From Antedon mediterranea (lineage: Eukaryota; Animalia; Echinodermata): a stretch of DNA of 64,000 bases. Below the pieces are notes generated by a model. It worked only from the letters and a program-made list of their open reading frames with translations, did no database searches and was not told the origin of the DNA. The DNA lies in assembly GCF_964355755.1 (NCBI RefSeq), contig NC_092674.1:16740001-16804000 (forward strand). Reading direction: 5' to 3'. The stretch's first letter is position 1. Each line of letters starts with the position of its first letter. Of this stretch, positions 51,401 through 64,000 are shown piece by piece. Position numbers and translations under genes: made by a program.

Positions 51401-54400
51401 AGAAATTCCTGGTAACACTTCAACTCTTGGGATGTTGTTGGGAAGGTTAGTCAGATATAAATCAAGAGTGTTCGATTCTCTGGTGGGAATTTTAACAACT
51501 TGAGTGAGGCCAGCTTCATCTATAAAGTCGAGGAAGTCTTGATGCAATCTTACGTATTGGGCACCATGCTTAACTGAGATGGTTTTCCAGTCAATGCAAG
51601 GATAATTAAAATCACGGCCAATAATGATGAAAGCATTCTCAATTGTGAGAGCGCGTTGGAATGATTCTTGAAAGTGGTTAATGCTGTTTTCATCCAACTT
51701 GTCAGGACGATGATAAGAGCAAACAAGAAGACTCCACTGTGCCTTGAGTTAAATTCTAGACTATAAAACTTCACATTCTGTGAGCAGGATGGGTTCCTCA
51801 TTACATGGCAGATTATCAGCAATTGTAATAAGGACTCCTCCACCTTGCCTGTTCCTTCTCTTCAGAGCTATTAATAGTGTAATCAAAGTGGGTCTCACAA
51901 CCAATGATGACATCGGGCCTAGTACTCAGGTTTTGAAAGATGGTTAATCAAACTTAAGATTCAGAAATAAACATTTCCAGATGATAAGGAAAGTGATATA
52001 AAACAAATATTTAAGAAAAAAAAAGTTGCATTAATCAAAAAACATTAAGAAATTTGCCAGCTTTAAATAAGCCTGCCACACATACTTACGACTGGTTTAT
52101 GTGTAAGAAATTCTACTAAATGTGGGTAAAACTAACTATGTTGTGTCCCATATTAGGCAAAAAGCTACAGATTTTCATGATATTAAAATCAAAATTAACA
52201 GCATGCCTATTGACGGAAAAAGACAGTGTTCCTTGGCATTTTAATTAATCAAAACTTCATCTGGGTAGATCATATATAAAAAATGTATCTCTTAAAATAT
52301 CTAAAGCAACGGGTTAAATATGCAAAGTAAAACACTATTTCCCCCAATACTTCCTCTTAAACTTATATAATAGTCCCATACTACCATATCTTCAATATGG
52401 AAATTTAGTGTGGGGAAGCACTAACAAGACTAATTTGTTACCACTACTAAACAACAAAAGTGTATAGCAAGAATAGTTACTTCATCGCATTATTTGGAAC
52501 ACTCCTAGCTTATCTTTAAACATATGGCATAAATAATGTGAATGTACTATAACTTATGTACAATATGACCAAAATATGTTCTTGCCTGACAGAATAATAA
52601 AGATGCTTATAGACAGTAAAAAGTTACACTATTTATACTTATTCTTTAAGGAACTGACAACAGCAATTTAGAGTGCCGTTACTAGACTAATTTCTAATAA
52701 ACATTCCATCAAAGTACATGGCCCAATTTTATGGAACCACACCTGTAAATATCACAATTTAACATCTGCTAAAACATTTTTTACATTCAAGTCCAAACTA
52801 AAACAAATCTTCATTGAAAACCCAAGCAAACACCCACGATATTACAACATATATTAATTAATTGTAATTCTATTAACGTTAATGAATGCTTGTATATATT
52901 TATGTTTATGTCAACGGTTTGTTAATTTGTGTTTTTTTTTTTTATTGTAAAATTGATTTTATGTTTACATACGTTATGTAATTGAGGAGGGGGCGACAGT
53001 GACGGAATTATTTCAGTCTCTATGTCGTCCCTTGACCAAATGATACTTTCTTGTTTCTTGTTTGTATACATATGTTGATTTTTGTCGAAATTAATGTTGT
53101 TGAATACACTATTTGGGATTTCAGGGATTTAACACTGAACAATGAAGGGAAGGTAAATTTTTACAATACCATTTTACAAAACACCAAAAATTGTTTACTG
53201 TGTTTAATGTGGTACATTGTTCTATAAACACAAATGCAAATAACTTTATTACTGAAAATGGTTCCTTAACAACTTTTAAAAAACATTGTAATCATCATCA
53301 ATCATCAATTGAATTTTTTTTAATTATGAGGGCGGTGTGCATAATTGTTTTAAATTTATATTATGTTGCATTGAATTTGGTCCCATTTCTTTCATTTACA
53401 GTCATACCTCACTTTTTTTTAGATTTATTAATGTTTATATAATGTTTTAATATGTTTAAATTAAATTTGAGGTTATTTTATTATTGGTAGAGATAAGATT
53501 GTGATAATAAATCTTTGATTGATTGTTTGATATGAATGTTATAATTGTAAAGGTATCACTCTGAATTCTTTAAATGTATTAAGACAAGAATTTGGTAGAG
53601 GATGCAATAAACATGGTTAAATCTTTCGTTTAGTGAATTTTATGCACTAATATTGTTCGTGTTTCGGAGGGTGGTTAAAGTTAAAGGTATAGTTACACTT
53701 TGCTTTTCTTTGACAATTTCCAATAAAACAAGCAGTATAAACACATTGTTCAGTTCAAAAATTGGTAAATATTATGGAAACAAGAAATGGAAATCTGATC
53801 TTTGTAATATTTTTAGAAATTTTTATTGATAATTTTAAAAAAAAGTTTACCTTGTAAGTATTGAGATGGCCATCTTTTGGAATGTAGTATGTAGACAGTG
53901 ATGACAACCTGAAACAAATCAAAATGTAGTGTTTTTATAAATCTGATTCTATCCAAACAGTGTCTTTGTTCTTTCTCTGGATAAATAGAAGACATTAAAC
54001 ATTGAGACCAATGGAACATTGAGAAATAATGAATTGTACTCATTTTAATTGAAGCCATCATTATTCACTAAAGAAAATAATTGTTCTTTCTATTACAGAA
54101 CAAAAACTGTGAATTGAGAACAAAGGATGAGAACATTTTTTTTCTTTGAAACCGGTATAAAAGAATTCCTTACTTAAAGAAAGGTGTCATAAGAGTTGTT
54201 TCACCAAAGTATTCATTAATGTATGTCAGTAGAAGACGACGATCAAAATCATCAGTAACATGACCACCATAATTCACACCAGCAATAAGGTATTTAAGAG
54301 CATCCCAAGGTGTTTCATCATACTCATCGAGGTAAATACTCAAGAGATTCTCAGAAACCTAAAATAATGAATGTAATTTTATGAGTGTTATTTTAACAAT

Positions 54401-57400
54401 AATAAAGTCATCTATCTATAATATAAATATAGTAAAAACCTTTCAACTAATTAATTGAAGTATAATTTCTATGCCATTTCTGTACCTAATAATATGTATT
54501 AACCCTTTCACTGCGCAGCATTAGTCCCACCTACATGCGCAATATTTATGTGCAAAAAAAATGTGATTTTAATAAATTGCAAAAAATACTAAATGAGATA
54601 GTTTTGTAATTATTTTTGTGGTGTGTGGTGGGCAAAAAGGTTGGTCTACAGTTGGGAGGAAAAAAAAGCTAATTTGCATATTAATGACATCATGTGACGT
54701 CATTACAGCTATTTTGGAATTCCTGTTTTTTGTCAATGATAAAAACTATTAATAATAAAAACTAACTAATTCTTATGGAATATGGGTTTCCCGCTGGATA
54801 TTGATGAAGATATGTATATAAATAAAAATATTTAAAAAAAATTGAATTATTTTTATCGTTTTATAAAAGTTTTGGCTAAAAAACTCAGAAAAATGACATT
54901 TTCCCAAAAACGATTATTTCAGAATTTTTTTTCTGTATTACGATGAACACGATATTGCCCTATTAGAGTGGGTAAAATTTGGTAACTGGAGGATGTTTAT
55001 GCGCCATTATAGCTAATAATACAACTTTTCAAGGTCGAAATGATTATAAAACGTGTGATATGTATTCCCCAGGGGGCACAACTTGAAACCGGAATTTCTA
55101 GACGATATCAAAGATCTTATATACTAAAGATGTGACACTACCCGCGTTTACGCGTAACACTTTAGAAGCGTCAAATTATAGTGCGCCCCCTCGCTTAAAC
55201 AAGTAACAAACTTTTGCGTGACGATCGCAGTATTCTTTAGGGATTGAGTATTCGCGCCAAAGTTTGTATGGTTAACAAACAATGAAAAGATAAAAAGTGG
55301 AGGGATATACTGTGCTGCAATTAATTGTAAAAGCAATTCAAAGGCCAATCCAGAACTTAAGTTTTACAATTTTCCCAAAGACAAGAACAGGTAAATTTAT
55401 GTAATTAAATAGCCTACATCTTAACATATGCTATGTAGGGACTAACCTTACTTTACTGTATTCAATTTATACATATATTAATAAACTAGGCTAGGTAGGC
55501 CTATTATTAATATTTATTATTTAAACGTAGGTATGAAATGATTATTATTATCATTATTAGGCTATTACTAGTACATTAATTATATAACAGTGAACTTACA
55601 CTAATTTCTTCACTGTTCCCTGGTTATATTACTTATCCTTTAAAATTTAGTACCCTTAAACAACTTTTAAAACTTTCAATCCAAGAAACATTTATTGACA
55701 AAATATATATCATTACAATTGTTGGCATATAAGTACAAATTTGGTCGAAAGACTACAAGAAGCCAAATTGGCATGTCGCTGTAGTCCCTCTTTTTACATT
55801 ATACAAATAATAATAATAATACTTAATATAAACAAATTGTGATCTTAATTATTTCATGCTTTCCGTCTCATGGTTAATATTTGCTTTCTGTCTCATGGTT
55901 ATTTTATTTTGTTTAATTTAACTAGCCGTTACGTACATTACAGTATATTAACGCATGAAATGATTATTATTATCATTATTAGGCTAGGACATAGTTATAA
56001 TAACAGTGAAATTACACTATTTTTATTGTTCCCTGGTTATATTACTTATCCGTTGAGTAGCCCTAACAAACAATTTTTAATTGAATCTTATACTTAATAT
56101 TTATAAAATTCAACCGTTAGTTAGTTAGTGGTTTTAGGTTAGGCTTAAGTATTTGACTTTAGGCCCTAACCAATTTGAAAATCAATTAGCACGCAGACGT
56201 CCTATAATTACATATACGTTAATTATGATAAAGCAAAAACTCACTAGACAATTATTAATTTACAGGTGTGCAAAATGGGCCCAGAACACACGACGCGCGG
56301 ATTTGAGAAGGAAACCAAGTTCCTATTTACACCGTAATTGCCACTTGTGCAATATTCATTTCGAAGAATCTCAAATACTGATGGTCACAGGCAGACTAAA
56401 TCAAGATTGCATTGAGAACTTATTTTCTATTGTCAGAGGGAGAGGGGGTCATCGCTATAACCCGATGGTAGATGAATTTAGAGCCTCCCTGAAGGAAGTT
56501 ATGTTCAACAGGATGTTGTTCCGTTAGGGGAATTCGAATTGCCTAGAAGACACTGATCGACAGTACAGCTAAATGGAATTGATGGAATAATGATGGCCCA
56601 ATCATCATCAACGCCACAATCGCATCATGTTGCCGATCAAGAAGACAACGATGCCACCACTGACGACGACTGCTGCTTAGAAGACTTTGAGATGACTCTA
56701 CTTATACTTTAGTATAATTATGTAGCCGGTTACGTCGTCAAGAAAGTAAGTGTAAAGCACAACTGCGATATCTGTAACAGTGCGATGCGAGAAACCATTC
56801 GAAAACTGGAAGACCCAAAGCAGTTCCTAACACATTTTAAGTCTTATATGCCCATCAACCAGTACCGACTTCGGAGGATTAATTATGCCTACTGACAATG
56901 TAGTTAATGTCCTATCTATATGTGAAAAGATTTTTGTTTCTAATTTTAACAAATACTTACATACATCAAACATCATCAGAAAAATAAAGTTAAAAATCGC
57001 TACCATGTTACATAGATTTGGTATAAAGTTGAATGTTTGTTCACCAGCAATTGAAACATTGCTAATTGAAACATAAGTAAACCTACGCATATTCTATGCT
57101 GTTAAATTCTTCAACAGAGACATAATCAGTGATAAGAAGAAGAGTAACAAATTTACATTTCTGAGGTATGGTAAAGTTGTAGGAGGTCTGTACGCGCCCC
57201 AGTCTGTGCATTATCGGCTAGAAATGATGATCATTACGACGGTCTGGTATGATGAATAATTGTAAATATGATGATTTTATTTCAATGTTTCTACATTTTT
57301 TATATTTCCTCTCGGTGGCCCGTGCATCATTTCGCAATAGTTATTGAGTTAATTTTAAACTGAGACTACTATAACATAACTAATTGTTATCTCAGGTTTT

Positions 57401-59037
57401 AAATAAATTATAATAATAAATGAATGTCATGGCGAATGATGGGTACATAATACAGTAGGCCTAGTATGAATTGTCTCAGAATTGACTATCATAATCTGTT
57501 TCATATCATGCCTGTAGGCTTAAGCCTATGATTGTTTATAAATATATTCCGAAAAATTACTGCAATAAAATAGTCGAAGTAGTGATTTTAAAAAGTGACT
57601 TCTTGTTCTTTTTTAATTGTTTATAACACACTATTTGACTAATATATTTTCCTAATCTGCACTGTTTTGCTGCTGGATGAAAAAGAAGAACACATCAAGA
57701 ACAAAAACGGAATACGATGCGCTTAGTGTTAATACCAGAGCCGACTCGCATAAATAAGTAGTAGTAGTGATGTGAGTGATGATTACTCCTAGATGATGAT
57801 TTTGAGGATGATGATAAACATTCAATAATAACAACAATATTCAGTAATTAAAACAAATAGAGATATACAAAGTACAGGAAATAAGTCTATCATTATAATT
57901 TAATCGCACATTACCGCAATTATTGTGATGAAAAACATTGAGTATTCAGTTACAATACAGTAGACATATCTGATCCATAAATCTACTTCTTTGAGCGAGA
58001 GGGCGCCCTATAAAATGAGCTCCATGTGTGTTACATGAATTGCACGTAAAATTCCGAGAGTGTCCCATCTTTAGTATATAAGATCTTTGACGATATTAAC
58101 ACATATAGAGGGCGCATGTTGTGCTAAAAAATAGTTTTAATGAATTGCAAATGTTTTCAAGTTTATCGAAAAATTATAGAGGGTGCTATAGGCAAATACG
58201 ATTAAATAATTGTTTTTCCCCATACCCGGTAATACTCTGTATATGCAGTTCATTTGTTTATACCCGGTAATACCAGGTATACGCAGTGAATGAAAGGGTT
58301 AATCTTTGTTCAATAAAAAATCAATCAAACTTACATTTCATTGCAGTTAAAAAAAACTTAAATAACAAATTATTTTCCTTGCTTATGTATACACCAAACA
58401 TACCTCAAAATCAGAGTCATTAAATCCATACATGATATTCCAACCAAGCATTAAAAATTTGCGTCTTTCAAGGAGGACACTATGAAAAAAGCACAAAGCG
58501 AACAGCAATTTCTTGTATTTTTCTGGTTTGCGACATCGATTAAATTGCTGCTCTGTAACTAGATGGTAAAGACGTTTCATATTTGCCTTCAGACCCTGTT
58601 TATAAAAATAATAAAAACATATTTAAACAACCATTTAATGAAAAGTTGAAAATCCAGTGTGATTGGATTGAGAGAAAAATCACATCATCATTTTAATGTT
58701 ATGAAAATTAAAATTTGACCTTTGGTGGTTCTGTTGTCATCTTGATGCCAGCTTGCAGGATAGAAATTGGAAATTCAGGATGTGGACTACTACTCAACCA
58801 TAGCCTGAAGTCCTGGTGAGGTTCCTCAACTTGTAGCTGCTCAACCAGTTTAGCCAACTGTGGCATCCAGCTTAGAGACAGATGACAGTTAGCCAAGAAA
58901 ACCCAGTTACCCTCCCTCACACCTTCTTTAATCATACGGGTTGCAATTGGTGCCTGACCCTGTCCAAGAGATAAGGCATGAAACCTGTGGGCCATCTTGC
59001 TCTGCTCTGCCAACTGTAACAACATGCTTGTAGGATC
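48285..59037 (-). CDS. DNAH2: Dynein axonemal heavy chain 2 (inner arm I1/f beta type), 3' part; 10 exons: 58720-59037, 58404-58595, 54174-54358, 53851-53908, 50535-50699, 50260-50376, 49760-49909, 48934-49110, 48574-48799, 48285-48439
   Basis: AAA6 (SLGQGQAPIA, GNWVFLANCHL, FRLWLSS, MTTEPPKG), AAA-lid (YGGHVTDDFDRRLL, HPEAFGQHPNADI) and C-terminal domain. The C-terminus CPCYYYPNRAGSSGRASFIVGVDLKTG...HWTKRGTAILMSLD resembles recalled DNAH2. All exons are GT-AG and phase-compatible. Confidence 0.93.
48574..48799 (-). CDS. DNAH2: DNAH2 exon (VSVDSLSWEF...GLYLEGAGWD...)
   Basis: ORF 48509-48766; 226 nt. Confidence 0.93.
48934..49110 (-). CDS. DNAH2: DNAH2 exon (AYPSRKPLGTW...FWMSGFTFPTGFLTAVLQ)
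   Basis: ORF 48634-49116; AAG acceptor; 177 nt. Confidence 0.92.
49760..49909 (-). CDS. DNAH2: DNAH2 exon (IQRYNVLL...KGLVVMSSDLEE...RVPSTWQK)
   Basis: manual translation; 150 nt. Confidence 0.92.
50260..50376 (-). CDS. DNAH2: DNAH2 exon (VLKLAADVL...SPLNVVLLQE)
   Basis: ORF 50191-50376; 117 nt. Confidence 0.92.
50535..50699 (-). CDS. DNAH2: DNAH2 exon (EYISMLPAIDHPEAFGQHPNADI...)
   Basis: ORF 50490-50804; 165 nt. Confidence 0.93.
50830..51930 (-). mobile_element. LINE fragment, apurinic-like endonuclease region (CR1/Jockey group)
   Basis: ORF 51287-51697: IIIGRDFN, PTRESNTLDLYLTN, ISDHDIV. Confidence 0.8.
52100..52850 (+). mobile_element. Decayed LINE 3' fragment (L2/Daphne-like)
   Basis: remnant LYNSPILPYLQYGNLVWGST and GPILWN motifs. 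Confidence 0.55.
53851..53908 (-). CDS. DNAH2: DNAH2 exon (LSSLSTYYIPKDGHLNTYK)
   Basis: manual translation, phase 2 to 0. Confidence 0.88.
54174..54358 (-). CDS. DNAH2: DNAH2 exon (VSENLLSIYLDEY...YGGHVTDDFDRRLL...)
   Basis: manual translation, AG/GT boundaries. Confidence 0.92.
55109..58089 (+). mobile_element. P-superfamily (THAP9/Galileo-like) DNA transposon, internally deleted
   Basis: 31-bp TIR CAAAGATCTTATATACTAAAGATG(T/G)GACACT; 7-bp TSD ACGATAT; THAP domain and RLNQDCIENLFS catalytic motif. Confidence 0.9.
55293..57140 (+). pseudogene. THAP-domain P-transposase remnant; exon 1 ends 55390, exon 2 starts 56266
   Basis: YCAAINC...FYNFPKDKN|RCAKW...LCNIHFEESQ fused to TGRLNQDCIENLFSIVRGRGG; downstream YVAGYVVKK..CDIC with stops. 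Confidence 0.8.
58404..58595 (-). CDS. DNAH2: DNAH2 exon (GLKANMKRLY...YGFNDSDFE)
   Basis: ORF 58383-58580; splice sites; 192 nt. Confidence 0.95.
58720..59037 (-). CDS. DNAH2: DNAH2 exon, AAA6 region
   Basis: ORF 58708-59025; DPTSMLLQLA...MTTEPPK; 318 nt. Confidence 0.95.
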
Positions 59038-61038
59038 CTAAGACAAAGGCAGAACATTATTTACTGTATCATGTATCAACACTTAATTGTGAATGAACAC
59101 AAGGTGTTTCATAAAGCTGTCCAGTGTCATGTTATATTTGTGAAATAATATAGTATTAAGATATAAAGTTGAACAAGCCCAAAAAAGTGTCCTTGTTAGG
59201 TTTAAAAAAAAAAAGAATTTTGCACAAAATCCATGACAATCATGGTAAGAACTTACTACCATACCCATATTCAATGTTGAGATTCTTCCTATTTCAAAAT
59301 TATTGCCAAATACAAAAATGTGTTTAGAAAACAATGTTTTGGGGAATTCCACAACCTAATTAAAAAGCCTGATGAATATTAATTAGTTAGGAATCACAGT
59401 TGTTTCAGAAACAAGCATTACAAGAATTTATTTTACTTCCAAGAAAAACTGGTGGCGAAGGGATACACAATTTCCTTTTATCTTCTTTTCTGATTGTGTA
59501 AATCTAACCATGTACAGTATTATATCTATATTTCAAATAGCTATACCATGCTTATTGATTTTCAGGAAAATCAAATATTAAATAGTTACCAAAAATATTA
59601 ACATGTTTTGGGACTACAACCTCTATGGGCTTCATAATGAGCTAATGAGTTAGTTTAGAAAAACAATATAAACAAAATGAGTTAGGGAGAGTGGGATGAT
59701 ATGAGCAATCAATATAGCTAGATATCCTAATTAATGATTTTTCCACCTTGTAATAAAATGGCAGCCATTTTTCGACCTTTTACAGTTATAAGGTACCTAA
59801 TGACAGGCGAGTATCACAAAACCATATCAACTTTAGTAACTTCAGAATATAGAACAGAATAGTACATCCACCACCCGTCATCACCAAATTGCAAAAGGTC
59901 CACCTTTTATAGGGTCTTAAAATAGGTTTGTAGAGTATTAAAAATTGTATACTCTGTCTTGTCCCTTATTATTGCTATTAACTATATAAGAAATCATAGT
60001 CGATCATTCAGTTAGAGGTTGGTGCGTACACCATGTTCCCACACACTGTATAATTTGTTGAGTGTATAATAAAACCAGTGAACAGCTTTGAAATACTCAT
60101 CAGCCCGTCATGTAGGCGCGCCTTTTACAACAATAGTCAGTCTGTCAAAGAGTAGGCCTAGTCAATAATCATTTATTACCTATTTAATTATAATGGGTTG
60201 AAAGAACATTATGATAATAATATTTCATAACAACAACCCCGAAACCTAGACTCAGCTGAGAAACACCGGGATGGATGGTGTCCAGCGGGGTATAGTTTAT
60301 TTACTTTAGTCAATTCACACCATGTATATCTATTCCAAACCCAAAACATAGACTCAGAAATACCAGGATGGTGTTTGGCAGGGGATAGTTTATTACCTTA
60401 GTTAAACATTTTATTACGATTTTAAATTCACTCTTTCAATCAAGAACCATCGATATAGAATGCCATTAAAGAATAACTTATTTTATTTCATTTTGTTTAT
60501 TATTGTTTAGCATTTTTACTGTATATATGTGCCTGGTAAACCGATTTAAATTAACCAACTTGCTCTGACCAGCCCATGGTTGCTCGCAAAGTACTCAATA
60601 TTATGAAATTGGTCCCAAAAAAAAATCCTGCGTATGGCCCTGATATGTGATTGTTTTAATCTAATTGTTGTATCCAATCCAAATAAGTATACAAATTATG
60701 ATACCTAGAAGTACAGTATTGGAATAAGTTACCATTCAGTAAATTCAGATTGTCCGAAACAACACATATAATACCTCAGCAGCAAGATACATCATATCAT
60801 CAATTATTTCCACACTCAGCTACATCACATAAGTCAATGACGATGTATTTCATAATCTATGAACGTGCCATCAAAGACCTTCCCCTTTGATGCATTTCCA
60901 ACATATTTTCTTTTACATCTTTTATAAATGGTTCCAGTATTTATAACCATTATTATCTTTGTCAACAGGTACTGTACAAATGGGTACCTGGTAAGGTCAA
61001 GACACACTTTGAGCTGATTCCTAGCTGCATTATGAGTA

Positions 61039-62481
61039 CTAGATGGTACGCTCGCGTACCATCTAGGTCGTGCCCACAGATGGTTCTCGAATACATAATA
61101 ATTTCAGCGTTGAAAAACTGGCAATTTTAAATGTACGTACCGCAGGACAATAATACATGTCGTTTACAGGAACGAATAAATAGACACTGTGATTTATATA
61201 CTCAACTAAAATTAGCACCCTGGGAATTACTTACTGCAAGAGAAACTTGTCACAAAATGAGAGCAATTGTTTAAGTCAAATTTAAACAAACTTAATAATT
61301 TGTGTTTTGTATGTAACATTAGGGTTGAGGGATGGGGAAGAGGATGGGTGCAAAGAGGAAAATTTTTTAAATATATTCTTTATCCATTTAGTAACGAAAT
61401 ATTAATTGTTTTCATGTTTTACAAATAATACACCACTAAACACAGTAAAACATTGCGATGTAATACTTTGTTGAAACTATCACCGTCCTAGTCGATTGAA
61501 ACTGTACAGTATATGTAACGATACATCAATACGACGTGTATATGTTTATATAATGTAAAACAATTTGTGAAAACCACCTCTATTCGGGGCAAATCATAAA
61601 TTTGATTTAATCGTCAATAAATATTAAATTATCTAACTCAACTTAATTAGTAGGCCTAATGGTTTTCAATTGTTTCTTAGAGCCAATTCATACTTTAAGT
61701 TGGTTCCTACCCTACCCACAAAAGTTGTTCTGCGTTTAGGGCATGTGATGCACCGTAGGCCTATCCTCTACTGGCTTTACAACGCTACTCGTGCCAGTGA
61801 GGGAAGGGTGATGATGTGGGTGGTTTAACTGCAATAATAAATATTTGTACATAATATACGGCGACTGAAAACGTTCATTATCCGTTTAAAAAAAATCTAT
61901 ATCCAACCTCTGCAGTACAGATTGAAAAAAAAAAATGGATCAAATTTCTGTTATGAGTATACAGTACTTGCCTTTACGACGCCTGAGGGAATAGACACTT
62001 GAATTGTGGAACAGAGATTGGAATGTTCCATTCATCGCAAGTCAATACATTTGTATAAACGTATATTAAATTTATCAAAATAGTATTTTTTTAAGAAAAT
62101 CGGCCTGTCTTCAACATTATGATGCTGTATTCGAGCTGTTCAACTGGTTTTCAGCCATTAAAAACAATTATCGTAGGAGGAGATAGGAAAATGCGAAGCA
62201 TCCTCGTATTATTGTCTGCGGGTATTTTTCAAGATGGACATCCATTAGACAGTGTATACCACGATCGAAAAACACCCCTATTTGGGGCAAATCGTTGAAC
62301 CTAAATTTGTTTTAATTGTCAATAACTAATTATCGAACTCAATTTAATTAGTAAACAGGGTTACATCAGGTGGTTTAAATCAGTACCGAGATTCTAACCA
62401 ACTTTATATACCATCGAGTAAACATTCTAGAAATAACGCGCGATTTACCAAATTTTGCCCTTACGTAAATTTATATATAGA
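61039..62481 (-). mobile_element. Helitron family B, complete inverted copy
   Basis: both termini match 19874-21932; hairpin loop shortened. Confidence 0.75.
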
Positions 62482-63619
62482 TGTTTCCATATATGTTTGA
62501 TCAAAAAATTACTGGATGGTATTCATCAAATTCCTAACCACTCTGAGGTGCAGTGTGTTAGAAATTGGACTACTGATCGTGAGATTGTGGTTTCGAATCC
62601 AATGCTTGTTGTAATGTTATCAAATAGTAGAGAGGCCAAATACACAAAAGTCCTCTACAAAAAGTTTGGGGGGCATTTTTTGTTAATAGCAGGCAACCAT
62701 GTTGAATATATTCTTTGTGGGGTGACAAAACCGATAGGGGTGGATGCCATCTTCAATTTTGAGTTTTAAGGTCAGTTTATGTGGTCAAGAGGTCAAACAA
62801 GGTCAATTTATAAGATTTTTATTTTATTCACGGAAAATCATCTACATCATCAGATCTATCCAAAAAAAGGATTTTTGAAGATCAACTGATGTTTCATATT
62901 ATAGTAATTATGAGATAAACATTTTATTTTACACATAAAAACATAGGAAATTAAATATAAAAGTGTCTTTTTCTCAAAATGTTGTTTTCACATACTTCTG
63001 TAAAGTACACAGTTTTATAATAGGCTTTCGATCCCCAGTCTGTTGTTAATTTGTCTTTTTTATGTTGTCCACCAGTCATCGTTTTGATTTTTGTCGGAAA
63101 AATAGGTCAAGTATAATATGTATGAAACGCCATATGTGCCAAAAGATTGCTCTTTTACTATAATATTATTAATATTATCTATAATAATATAATAATATTT
63201 GAAAGTTTGTTTTTAGAAAAATCTCGAACACAGAGACCCTCAATATATGACTTAATATCCTCTATACCCTCTATAATGTAATTACTGTATTTAAACATTT
63301 TTGTTCATTCTTTCAATGATACAAGTTTTTGTTGAAGTTTGTGTTTCAAGAAATCTTGAAAGAGAAACCTGTGTATCGAGTCTCAAAAACCCTTCAGTAG
63401 GCCTATATTGGACTTAATCAAGGTTGGAAGGAGTGGTATAAATGGGTTCTCCTTCTTAAAGCCTTCGCATCTATGCTATCTTGGCTGACGGTGATAACAG
63501 ATATGAAACTCCTTAAGTAATTAAGAGGTCCTTTATACACATGGATAAAGACGGTTTCAACGTTATTTACAAACACTACGTAGGCCTACTGTGTCTAGGT
63601 ATGGAATCCATATCTCCAA

Positions 63620-64000
63620 AAAGACATAAGCGCACTTGAAAGAGGAAACGTCATGCGACAAAACTAATTCCAGCTATCCATTCTTATTCATATGAAGATT
63701 GTTTAAAGTTTCTTGGCCTAACAACCCTGTATGACAGACGTATTCGTGGTGACTTGATTGAAACATTCAACATTTTCAAAAGGTTTCGAGGGTGTAGCCT
63801 AGGAAGACTTCCTTCAAATGAGATGCAGAAATACACGAGGACATCAGCTTAGACTTTTCAAACCTACATTTCACAAAGGACTGATAGGAGATCCAACTTT
63901 TCACAATGAGTAATTATATATTTGAATAGTTTGCCAACCGAAGTCGTCATTTCTGAAACCACCAACACATTTAAAAACCGATTGTATTCGTTTTAGAAAT
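63620..64000 (+). mobile_element. CR1-like LINE 3' fragment
   Basis: ATKLIP...SYEDCLKFLGLTTLYDRRIRGDLIETF; TRGH; SLPTEVV. Confidence 0.7.

Larger units (their letters stand above)
54503..58298. mobile_element. piggyBac-like MITE hosting a P element
   Basis: TTAA-CCCTTTCACTGCG ... CGCAGTGAATGAAAGGG-TTAA. Confidence 0.7.

Noticed and set aside
62540-62602. tRNA-like sequences (also ~22760-22825 and ~35585-35650)
   Set aside because: Degenerate boxes and no complete cloverleaf; probably SINE remnants, not tRNA genes.
59040-64000. Further upstream DNAH2 exon
   Set aside because: No segment encoding the expected preceding PLIFVLSPG-type motif was found; the next exon probably lies beyond the window.

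Overview
AT-rich, intron-containing animal DNA, probably an invertebrate deuterostome such as an echinoderm (inferred from gene and TE content only). Two convergent host genes are partly present. On + are the last 8 coding exons of a Rubicon (RUBCN) orthologue (224-27972). On - are the last 10 coding exons of the axonemal inner-arm dynein heavy chain DNAH2 (48285-59037). Introns and the ~20 kb gap between the two 3' ends are densely filled with often nested mobile elements. These include a full-length but decayed Gmr1-type Gypsy LTR retrotransposon (integrase before RT, tRNA-Pro PBS, SCAN-like gag), a rearranged Penelope-like element, and L2/CR1 LINE fragments. There are also four Helitron-type elements (three ending in a hairpin whose base is the terminal CTAG, two of them with an intact GCGAAGC cap), Helentron-associated HINE-type elements, and an internally deleted THAP/P-element nested in a piggyBac MITE. 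Kolobok-, MULE-, Ginger-, Tc1- and PIF-like MITEs, two 26-28 bp micro-transposons with 7-bp TSDs and a higher-order minisatellite are also present. I found no CRISPR array, rRNA gene or intact tRNA gene, and no clearly new gene system; the novelty candidates are TE architectures. All homology calls are from recalled motifs, not database searches.
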